A stretch of 32,000 nucleotides of DNA from Aquifex aeolicus VF5 (GCF_000008625.1 NC_000918.1:150001-182000), one strand, 5' to 3'; shown: positions 10,145 through 17,376, counted from the first letter of the stretch. The notes: generated from the letters alone by a model not told the origin. Numbers and translations are program-made.

Positions 10145-10582
10145 TCACGCTTCCCCTATGTCCTCCCTTTCTACCTGTATGTTCTCAGGGTTGTACATGT
10201 CAACACCGTAAGAAGGCATGTACGTTCCGCTTTCCCTTTCTACTTCTTCCGCACACTTGGCGCAGTACCTTGTCCACGGAATAGCACAAAGTCTCGGTTC
10301 GGGTATCTCCTCCCCGCACCTTTCGCATATACCGTAAGTGCCTTTCTCTATCTTCTCAAGGGCGTAATCTATCTCTCTCAAGGTAGCTATTTCAACGTTG
10401 GATAAGTTGTCGAGGAGTTCCTCCGTGTAGGTCATCTGTCCTATGTCTTCCCAGTCCCTGGGTTCTTTTGATTCTTCCCCGAGTCTTTGCTGGGTTTCTT
10501 CTTTTTCTAAATACCTCTCCAGAATTTTAGCTTTCTCTTCAAGGAGCTTTTGCTTGCACTTTTCTAAGAGTTCTTTATTCAT
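10145..10582 (-). CDS. dksA: DksA/TraR-family C4 zinc-finger protein
   Basis: 145 aa with a coiled-coil N-terminal half and 'CERCGEEIPEPRLCAIPWTRYCAKC' (a CxxC...CxxC zinc finger). A strong SD (AAAGGAGGAGG) lies upstream. Confidence 0.8.
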   Translation of the reverse strand: MNKELLEKCKQKLLEEKAKILERYLEKEETQQRLGEESKEPRDWEDIGQMTYTEELLDNLSNVEIATLREIDYALEKIEKGTYGICERCGEEIPEPRLCAIPWTRYCAKCAEEVERESGTYMPSYGVDMYNPENIQVEREDIGEA

Positions 10583-10628
10583 CTCCTCCTCCTTTCAATA
10601 AGGAAAAAAATATAATCTGAGCGAAACT

Positions 10629-11309
10629 TCATTTCAAAACTTTTTTCGTCTTTATGTAGAAGATGTAAAGGTCAAGCTCTCCTAAGGAAAGACCGAGTTC
10701 TTTTGCCAGACTTTCCAGAGCTTTTTCAGCCTCAAGATAAACTTTAGGTGTTATGCTCTTTACCTGCCTTAGAAGACCTTTTTCCATTAAGAAACGGGAT
10801 ATGTGTCTGTCTATTATTGCAAGGTCCTTAAAGCCAATGTTCCTCAGAAAGTGGGAAGCTTCCTTGTAACCGAAGCCTTTTATTTTGTAGGGTGACTTTG
10901 GATCCGCGAGCAACTCCCTAATAACCTTGGAATTCTTTTCCTTCTCTATCAGGGACTTTACTTTTGGAAACTTTTCCCGTGCCTCCACGATTCTCTCTGC
11001 CCTTTGTCCTGCGTACCTGTGCCCGAACTTCCTGAACACTTCTTCAAGCTCTTCCTTCGTCTTGTTTAAAAAACCTTCCTCTCCTAAATGTGCCTGTATC
11101 TTTATACCGAGCGTGGCGGACGAGTTTGCGGTAAGGATACAGAAGGAGAGTTCCGAAAAGAGTCCGGCATCGTAATCTATGTCGAGAAAGGGTCTAAAAT
11201 CGAAGTGTGTCCATCCTTCCCTTCCCAGTCTTTCAAACTCTTCCATCCTCTGGTTTACGTACTTTTGAACCTCGGGTATTATCCTTTTTACTTCCTGAAT
11301 CGCGTCCAT
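10629..11309 (-). CDS. ogg: 8-oxoguanine DNA glycosylase/AP lyase, Ogg2-type (HhH-GPD superfamily)
   Basis: 226 aa. 'FCILTANSSA', and the HhH motif with catalytic Lys 'GFGYKEASHFLRNIGF' followed by 'IIDRHI' (Asp). Confidence 0.75.
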   Translation of the reverse strand: MDAIQEVKRIIPEVQKYVNQRMEEFERLGREGWTHFDFRPFLDIDYDAGLFSELSFCILTANSSATLGIKIQAHLGEEGFLNKTKEELEEVFRKFGHRYAGQRAERIVEAREKFPKVKSLIEKEKNSKVIRELLADPKSPYKIKGFGYKEASHFLRNIGFKDLAIIDRHISRFLMEKGLLRQVKSITPKVYLEAEKALESLAKELGLSLGELDLYIFYIKTKKVLK

Positions 11310-11324
11310 AGGAGAGAAATTAAA

Positions 11325-11744
11325 TCACTTTTCCCTTAAGTATTCCCGTGAAAAGTACTTGATTATGTGAAGCTTTATCCTTGAAAATGCCTCTTCCAAG
11401 GCTTTTCTTCTGGGTAGTTCCGCGAGAGAACCTGAAGGAAGAGAGTAGGGAACGGATGCGGAAAAGCTCTCCTCTCCCAAGCTTACACTCAAGTAAAGGG
11501 TGTAAGAAGACACTCTCTGCCTTGCAGAAATCGTGGAGGGTACTTCCCTGTAATTTGCCCTTACCTTTATCCTCAGCGTATTCTCCGTACACTTTACTTT
11601 AAAGCCTGCTTCAAGAACGTACTCTTCAACCTTTCTGATTATCGCCTGCTTTACGTAAGGGTCGTCGGTGTCAATCTCCGAAAAGTCCAAACACACCTCT
11701 TTTGCAAACAAAAAGAAGGGGAGTAAAAGTATCAGGAACCGCAA
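11325..11744 (-). CDS. Hypothetical exported protein
   Basis: 139 aa. The N-terminus 'MRFLILLLPFFLFAKEVC' is signal-peptide-like. The start overlaps the coaD stop by 13 nt. No family assigned with confidence; an LptE-like fold is only a guess. Confidence 0.55.
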   Translation of the reverse strand: MRFLILLLPFFLFAKEVCLDFSEIDTDDPYVKQAIIRKVEEYVLEAGFKVKCTENTLRIKVRANYREVPSTISARQRVSSYTLYLSVSLGEESFSASVPYSLPSGSLAELPRRKALEEAFSRIKLHIIKYFSREYLREK

Positions 11745-12217
11745 TTGAACTTCTCCCTCAGCTTTTGTTTTACGTAAGGATGAACCATATTATCCAGATC
11801 TCCGCAGTAAGACGCCACGTCCCTCACGATCGTTGAGCTTATGTGTATGTACTCCTGTGAAGGCATCATGAACACCGTTTCCACTCCCGCGAGCTTGTAA
11901 TTGGTGAGGGCTATCTGAAGTTCGTACTCAAAATCCGTAAAGAGTCTCACTCCTCTAACTATTACGTTTATACCTTCCCTCTTCATAAAGTCCACGAGGA
12001 GGCAGTCAAACATCTTGACCTCTACGTTTGGGATATCCTCCACCATTTTTTCAAACATTTTCACTCTTTCCTCTGCGTCAAAGAGTAGGAACTTTCTCGG
12101 TTTTTTTGCAACCGCAACGACCACTTCGTCAAAAATCCGCGCACTTCTCTTTACTATGTCCAAGTGTCCGTAGTGTGGAGGATCAAAAGTTCCTGGATAC
12201 ACTACTCTTTTACCCAT
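11732..12217 (-). CDS. coaD: Phosphopantetheine adenylyltransferase
   Basis: 161 aa. 'YPGTFDPPHYGHLDIV' (T/HxGH nucleotidyltransferase motif) and 'ISSTIVR'. Confidence 0.95.
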   Translation of the reverse strand: MGKRVVYPGTFDPPHYGHLDIVKRSARIFDEVVVAVAKKPRKFLLFDAEERVKMFEKMVEDIPNVEVKMFDCLLVDFMKREGINVIVRGVRLFTDFEYELQIALTNYKLAGVETVFMMPSQEYIHISSTIVRDVASYCGDLDNMVHPYVKQKLREKFNCGS

Positions 12218-12652
12218 ATTGATAATACTGTATCACCGTATTTCCTCTCTTCGGGTGCGTTAAAGTTCTTTTTCTTGTCGTGCTCAAGGATGAACACTCC
12301 ACCCTCTTCCAGCTTATTTAGGGCAAGTTTTATAAGTTCGTCGTACTTGTCGTAAATGTAAGGAGGGTCCGCAAATATCACGTGGGCTTTACCCTTCCAG
12401 TTTCTCAAAAAAGAAAGGGCATCCCCGACAATTACCTTTCCCTTAGTTTTCTTCTTTATTTCGTTTGCAAGTTTCCTGTTCTTTTCTACGAAAATGACCT
12501 TTGCACCCTCCTTTCCGCCTCCAGTCCAATCTGTCCCGTTCCCGCAAAGAGATCAACAAAAGTAAGACCGCTTATGTCTCCGAGTATGTTAAAGATGGCG
12601 TTTTTAACGATGGATTTCGTCGGTCTGAGGTAATTTAAACTTTTTTTTTCAC
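12202..12652 (-). pseudogene. rsmD: RsmD-like 16S rRNA (guanine-N2) methyltransferase, reading frame disrupted at two places
   Basis: My own translation of the - strand gives two pieces. One frame gives 'LRPTKSIVKNAIFNILGDISGLTFVDLFAGTGQIGLEAE' and then runs into a stop at 12486-12488. A second frame continues 'GAKVIFVEKNRKLANEIKKKTKGKVIVGDALSFLRNWKGKAHVIFADPPY...' down to 12202. The frame switch lies around 12505-12518. The N-terminal piece has no start codon. The only plausible one, GTG at 12652-12650, is separated from it by an A9 run (T9 on + at 12641-12649) and is out of frame by 1 nt. Confidence 0.65.
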
Positions 12653-12695
12653 AATTGTTGTATTATACTTTTATTTTGCCGAAGGAGGCAAAGTT

Positions 12696-12782
12696 ATGCG
12701 ACATGTAATTTTTGAGAAGCTTTTCAAAAACTTTTCAAGGGAGGATAGGAAATGGCAAAGACCCTCGGACTGCATATCCTAG
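12696..12782 (+). other. 28-codon upstream ORF overlapping the speH start (candidate leader peptide)
   Basis: ATG at 12696 preceded by GAAGGAGG (12681-12688, 7-nt spacing). Encodes MRHVIFEKLFKNFSREDRKWQRPSDCIS, with the stop at 12780-12782, 31 nt inside speH and in another frame. Confidence 0.3.
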
Positions 12783-13159
12783 CGGACCTTTACGGTGTGG
12801 ACGCGGATAAGATTGACCGCGTCGAAGATATCAGAGAGCTCCTTGAAGGAGCTGTAAAGTACGCCAACCTCACCAAAATTTCCTCCCATTACTACCAGTT
12901 CCAGCCCCACGGTGCCACAGGAGTTGTACTCTTAGCGGAATCCCACATATCAATCCACACGTGGCCCGAACACGGACTCGCAACCGTAGACGTTTACACC
13001 TGCGGTGACCCCTCCAAAGCCTACAGGGCAATGGACTACATAATCACCCAGCTCAATCCCAAGAGGATTGACAAACAAGTTCATGAAAGGGGAATAGTTG
13101 AAGAGGAAAGTAATCAGAGCGAGGCTGAAAAACTCCGAAGTATACTCCTTCAGGTTTAA
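12752..13159 (+). CDS. speH: S-adenosylmethionine decarboxylase proenzyme (class 1, SpeH type)
   Basis: 135 aa with the self-processing site 'LLAESHISIHTWPE' (Glu-Ser cleavage giving pyruvoyl). SD GGGAGG lies 7 nt upstream. Confidence 0.9.
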   Translation: MAKTLGLHILADLYGVDADKIDRVEDIRELLEGAVKYANLTKISSHYYQFQPHGATGVVLLAESHISIHTWPEHGLATVDVYTCGDPSKAYRAMDYIITQLNPKRIDKQVHERGIVEEESNQSEAEKLRSILLQV

Positions 13160-13192
13160 ACACCTCCTTCTCCTCCCTTAAAATAAATCCCG

Positions 13193-13678
13193 ATGAAAGT
13201 GCTCATAGTCTTTTACAAGGATCTGGAAAAAAATAAAGAGGAAATTCTTAACTTAATGAAGAAAAATTACAAATTGATTAAGAGAAAGCTCGGGATAGAT
13301 AACATTTACGCCTCAATTACGGAAGAATTTTTAGAAATTTTTTATTTATTCCCAGAAATATGCTTAATAAATAACACAAGGGGAACGCTGAACTTCGGTC
13401 TTTACAAAGGATTGAGGAAGTTAAAGGGAGACGACATACTCGTTGTAGACGCGGGGAAATCCTTTTCAGAGGGTAAATTCGAAAAAGTGCCTATGGGAGA
13501 CCTTCCTTCAATACTCATGGATAAAGAAAAGTGGGCTGGACTTGCCTACATACCGATGAGGGAGATGTACTACTTTATAAGGAGTTTGGAGGAAAACTTT
13601 GACAAGTGCATAACCGAGGCTTTTGAGACCTTAAAGAAATCTTATGGAATAAACTTTGTAAAATCGTTTATAAGTTAA
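13193..13678 (+). CDS. Hypothetical protein (weak resemblance to the central part of MobA-like nucleotidyltransferases)
   Basis: 161 aa. '[30 protein letters not shown]' resembles the middle of an NTP-transferase fold, but the N-terminal G-rich NTP loop is absent. Confidence 0.5.
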
Positions 13679-13681
13679 CTT

Positions 13682-14110
13682 ATGGTAGACGCTGATATTT
13701 TACTAATAGCATTCGTGGATACCATCGAGGGGGTTAAGAACTTAATCGGTGAGAGGGGAGCAGGGGCAGTTTTGAGGGATGCGGGAAGACACAGCGGTCC
13801 CAAACTGCTCGAAAGTCTGATAGGCAAGCTACCCGAAGAAGTCGATAAGGACACAGCGTTAAAAAGAACCGCTGCAATACTGAAAGAACTCGGATTTGCG
13901 GATGAAATTAATTACGGAAACGGAAAGTTCATAATTAAGAACGACGTGTTTACGGAAGCGGTAAGGGAGGACGTGAACGTACAGACACCCGTCGTTTACT
14001 TCCTCGCAGGACTCGTGGAAGGGTTCGTCCAATTCATGTCCAACGATAAAGTAGTACTAAAACCCGTAAAAGCCGAAAAAGGATACGTGGAGTTCGAAGT
14101 CAGTCCTTAA
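13682..14110 (+). CDS. Hypothetical protein, possibly V4R-domain-like small-molecule binding protein
   Basis: 142 aa, starting 4 nt after the previous stop. The C-terminal 'VYFLAGLVEGFVQFM...VEFEV' is reminiscent of V4R domains, but the assignment is tentative. Confidence 0.5.
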   Translation: MVDADILLIAFVDTIEGVKNLIGERGAGAVLRDAGRHSGPKLLESLIGKLPEEVDKDTALKRTAAILKELGFADEINYGNGKFIIKNDVFTEAVREDVNVQTPVVYFLAGLVEGFVQFMSNDKVVLKPVKAEKGYVEFEVSP

Positions 14111-15377
14111 CTTCCAAGAGGGCAATGCTCTCTATGTGGTAGGTTTGGGGGAAGTTGTCTATAAGTTTTAGTCTTTTCAGTTCGTATCCGCCTTTAGTGA
14201 GTATTTTTAAATCCCTGGCAAAGGTCGTAGGATTGCAGGATATATAAACTATTTTGTCGGGTTTATTCTTAAGAAGTAGGTCTCTTTCCTCCCTCAGTAA
14301 TCCGCTTCTCGGGGGGTCTACCACTACAAGGTTTATCACTTCCCCTATTCTCCTCTTGAGGTGCTTAAAAGCTGTTGCCTCTTCGAAGATGACGTTATCC
14401 CTGTTGTTGATTTTTGCGTTATACTCGGCGTCTTTTATAGCAGAAGGATTGGCATCCGCACCTTCTATGAAGTTGCCCTGCTCCGAGAGTGGTATGGTGA
14501 AAAATCCCACCCCGCAGTGAAGGTCAAGTCCCTTTTTGTAACTTTCCGAAAAATCGAGAACTTCTTTCAAAAAGTCTTCCCAGAGCGTGTAATTTACCTG
14601 AAAGAAGCTGTCGTTACTCACCCTGTACTGCCACTTTCCCACATCCATAAATATGTGTTCCCTACCCACCTTATACCTTTTTACGAGAGAATTCCCAACC
14701 TTTCCGTAATCGCCTATCCCAACAACCCACTCAGGTAGAACATTTTCAAGTATATTCTGGAGTAATTTCTCATCTGTATGGGTTATAGTTACGAACTTTA
14801 GAGTTGCTTCATCCCTTGTAGGGGAGTAATTCACGTGAACCTCTTGAAGGTCTTTGATAACTTTCAATACTTCTCTGATGTGTGGTATTAACTCGTTTAT
14901 CCTCTCGTGGGCAAGAAGGCATTCCTCAACGTCCACAACTTCCTTTACGTCCCACCTGTAAAACCCAACTCTGTTTTCCTGAATTTTGAACTGTACTCTT
15001 ACTCTGTAATTGAACTCCTTCTTTGAAGGGATTTCTCCCTCGTATGGAACCTCCTTTATCTTCCCAATTCTTTCTAGACTCTCAAGGAGTATGTCTTTCT
15101 TTGAACGGAGCTGTTCCTCGTAGTTTAAGTGCTGTATTTGACACCCTCCGCACTCACCGTAATAGGGACAGGGAGCCTTTCTTCTTGCGGGAGAGGATAT
15201 AAGTACTTTAGTGACTACGGCTTCCGTATAATCCTTTTTCTCCTTTACTACTTTTGCCTCTACCAGTTCTTTGGGAGACGCAAAGCGGACAAAAACTGCC
15301 TTACCGTTTAATCTGGAAAAACCGTAACCGCCGTAAACGAGTTTTTCTACAGTGAGTTTAAGAGGTTTGTCCTTCAT
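14100..15377 (-). CDS. rlmD: 23S rRNA (uracil-C5)-methyltransferase, RlmD/RumA family (TRAM + 4Fe-4S + SAM methyltransferase domains)
   Basis: 425 aa with an N-terminal TRAM-like domain, the Cys cluster 'CPYYGECGGCQIQH', motif 'LDLHCGVGFF', and 'VVVDPPRSG'. Confidence 0.85.
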   Translation of the reverse strand: MKDKPLKLTVEKLVYGGYGFSRLNGKAVFVRFASPKELVEAKVVKEKKDYTEAVVTKVLISSPARRKAPCPYYGECGGCQIQHLNYEEQLRSKKDILLESLERIGKIKEVPYEGEIPSKKEFNYRVRVQFKIQENRVGFYRWDVKEVVDVEECLLAHERINELIPHIREVLKVIKDLQEVHVNYSPTRDEATLKFVTITHTDEKLLQNILENVLPEWVVGIGDYGKVGNSLVKRYKVGREHIFMDVGKWQYRVSNDSFFQVNYTLWEDFLKEVLDFSESYKKGLDLHCGVGFFTIPLSEQGNFIEGADANPSAIKDAEYNAKINNRDNVIFEEATAFKHLKRRIGEVINLVVVDPPRSGLLREERDLLLKNKPDKIVYISCNPTTFARDLKILTKGGYELKRLKLIDNFPQTYHIESIALLEVKD

Positions 15378-16371
15378 CTTCTTTCTTTCTCAATTCTTCA
15401 AGCTTCTCAAAGTCCTTAGTTGAGAGCACGTCTATGTGCCAGCCTGTTAGCTTAGAAGCCAGCTTTACGTTGATGCCTTTCTTACCTATAGCCAAGGAAA
15501 GTTCTTCCTCGGGAACGGCAACTTCTGCCCTCTTCTCGTAAGGGAAAAGTTTTATCTTTTCTGGATGTGCGGGAGCAAGTGCCCGCTTTATTAATTCCGC
15601 TATATCGTCGCTCCACCTTATCACGTCTATCTTTTCACCACCCAGCTCTTCGGATACCTTTTGAATTCTCATTCCCTTTAAACCAACGACTATACCAACA
15701 GGATCCATCTTCATTTCCTTTGCTTCCACAGCCACCTTAGCCCTTTCTCCGGGAATTCTCGCAACTGCCTTTATCTCAACTAATCCCTCCTTTATTTCGG
15801 GAACTTCCTGCTCAAGTAGTTTTCTCAAAAAGTTAGGGTGCGTTCTTGAGAGTATTAAAACCGGCTCCCCTCTGCGCTTTCTCACCTCAAGTAAAAGAGC
15901 CTTTACCTTATCTCCCGTTTTAAAGTTATCCGTGGGGAGTTGTTCCCGTTTCGGGAGTATAGCGTCTATCCTTCCCAGATCAACTATAACGTCCCCATTT
16001 TCGAGAACTTTTCTTACTATCCCGTAAACTATTTCCCCTTCAAGTTCCTTAAACTCAAGGTATCCCCTTTCCTGTTCCGCCCTTTCAAGTTCTTTGTAAA
16101 ACTCTTCCTTTGCCGCATAAGCTGCCAATCTATTCAGATCCTCAGGGGATATATCTAAAGGAAACTTAAATTTCTTGTTCCCTTTTCTCCTTACTACGTA
16201 TACCTTGATACCTTCATCGGTAAACTCAACTTCCAGTTCGTCCCTGATTTTCTTCTCTTTCCTTATGGCTGTGATTATCGCGTTTTTTAGTGCACGCTCC
16301 ACAACTCTTTCCGGAAGGTCGTGTTCCGTTGCTACCTGCTCTATCAATTTTTGGAGCTGTGCCTTTACCAT
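15358..16371 (-). CDS. nusA: Transcription termination/antitermination factor NusA (no C-terminal AR repeats)
   Basis: 337 aa with an N-terminal NusA domain, an S1 domain ('GEIVYGIVRKV...GDVIVDLG') and two KH domains ('VGLKGMRIQ', 'AIGKKGINVKLA'). Confidence 0.95.
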   Translation of the reverse strand: MVKAQLQKLIEQVATEHDLPERVVERALKNAIITAIRKEKKIRDELEVEFTDEGIKVYVVRRKGNKKFKFPLDISPEDLNRLAAYAAKEEFYKELERAEQERGYLEFKELEGEIVYGIVRKVLENGDVIVDLGRIDAILPKREQLPTDNFKTGDKVKALLLEVRKRRGEPVLILSRTHPNFLRKLLEQEVPEIKEGLVEIKAVARIPGERAKVAVEAKEMKMDPVGIVVGLKGMRIQKVSEELGGEKIDVIRWSDDIAELIKRALAPAHPEKIKLFPYEKRAEVAVPEEELSLAIGKKGINVKLASKLTGWHIDVLSTKDFEKLEELRKKEDEGQTS

Positions 16372-16841
16372 CCTTCAATCTCCAGTCTTCCCTTAGCTAT
16401 AGCGGAAAAGGGTATGTGTAAAACCTTGCCCTTCTCCTTTTCGCGAATATCTATTATACCGTTTTTAACGTCCTCTATATAGCCGACTACTTCCCTTTTA
16501 CCCTCTATGGGTTCTTTAAGGATGAGTTTAACGAGCCTTCCCTTGAAAAAGTCGTAGTGTTCTACCTTGGTAAGGGGTCTCGTGAGTCCCGGAGAAGTTA
16601 TTTCGAGAAGGTAAGAGAAGGGTATTATATCCTCCACGTCAAGCAGAGCACTTACCTTTCTGCTAATCTCTTCACAGTCCTTTATAGTTATGCCTCCTTC
16701 TTTATCAGCAATAATCCTGAGAACCCAACCTCTACCCTCGGGCTTGAACTCAACGTCGAAGAGCTTAAACCCCATACCTCTGATAACAGGCTCTACTATT
16801 TCCTTAACCTTTTTCTCTATTTCCTCTCTATTTATTTCCAT
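16365..16841 (-). CDS. rimP: Ribosome maturation factor RimP
   Basis: 158 aa. 'LEITSPGLTRPL' motif. Canonical rimP-nusA order with a 7-nt overlap. Confidence 0.9.
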   Translation of the reverse strand: MEINREEIEKKVKEIVEPVIRGMGFKLFDVEFKPEGRGWVLRIIADKEGGITIKDCEEISRKVSALLDVEDIIPFSYLLEITSPGLTRPLTKVEHYDFFKGRLVKLILKEPIEGKREVVGYIEDVKNGIIDIREKEKGKVLHIPFSAIAKGRLEIEGW

Positions 16842-16935
16842 ACTATTTATTTTGTATTAATAAGAATAATAATAGGCGGCTATTTTCATGTGACAAATTT
16901 CAAAACCCATTGATTTTCAAGCTTTTCCCGAAAAA

Positions 16936-17164
16936 CTTTCCACAACTTTTCCACATGAACAACTTAAGTTATTTATAATTCGTAAGTTTTAAGTCACCGG
17001 ATTGTTTCGTAGTATGAATAACTTAAGAAGTTTTCCACATTTATCCACATTTTTAACGTAAGTAGTTTATACACCGTGGTTTTCTTTTGAGTAGATTGTG
17101 TCGTTATATGAACAACTTATGAGTTTTCCACAATTCTCCACATGTGAAAAGTGAGTTATCCACA
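16936..17164 (+). promoter_or_regulatory. Seven DnaA-box-like 9-mers in forward orientation
   Basis: CTTTCCACA 16936-16944; TTTTCCACA 16947-16955; TTTTCCACA 17031-17039; TTATCCACA 17041-17049 (perfect); TTTTCCACA 17124-17132; TTCTCCACA 17134-17142; TTATCCACA 17156-17164 (perfect). Confidence 0.75.
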
Positions 17165-17253
17165 TACCGAATAAAAAGTTTCATTGTACGAATAACTTAC
17201 GAAAAATTTAAAGGATTCTATGAATACATTGATTTTCAGGCAGGAGATTGTTT

Positions 17254-17318
17254 TGTGGAAAATTTGTGTGAAAATATGTGGAAAGATTGTGGATAATTTG
17301 TGGAAAAAATGTGGAAAG
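17254..17318 (-). promoter_or_regulatory. Phased array of 5-6 DnaA-box-like 9-mers in reverse orientation
   Basis: TGTGGAAAA 17254-17262; weaker TGTGTGAAA 17265-17273; TGTGGAAAG 17277-17285; TGTGGATAA 17288-17296 (perfect complement); TGTGGAAAA 17299-17307; TGTGGAAAG 17310-17318. Start-to-start spacing is 11, 12, 11, 11 and 11 bp. Confidence 0.75.
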
Positions 17319-17376
17319 AAGGAGAAGAAAAGCCTTGATTTTCACAGAGTTCTCAGGGGGTATGTGTTGGAATGCT

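Larger units (their letters stand above)
16842..17376. other. Putative chromosomal replication origin (oriC-like DnaA-box cluster)
   Basis: A 535-bp non-coding region containing 12 close matches and 1 weaker match to the DnaA box TTATCCACA. It also has AT-rich tracts and additional repeat families; see the sub-features and findings. Confidence 0.7.

Noticed and set aside
8787-10405. + strand ORFs across gatA and dksA (8787-9020, 9251-9559, 9588-9848, 10031-10405)
   Set aside because: They are shadow ORFs opposite highly conserved GatA and DksA coding sequence.
11320-11592. 90-aa - strand ORF in an alternative frame to the 139-aa exported protein
   Set aside because: The 11325-11744 frame has a signal peptide and a start coupled to coaD. 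The alternative frame has neither.
12382-12633. 83-aa + strand ORF
   Set aside because: It lies antisense to clearly RsmD-like coding sequence (DLFAGTGQIGLEAE / ADPPY on the - strand). It is a shadow ORF.
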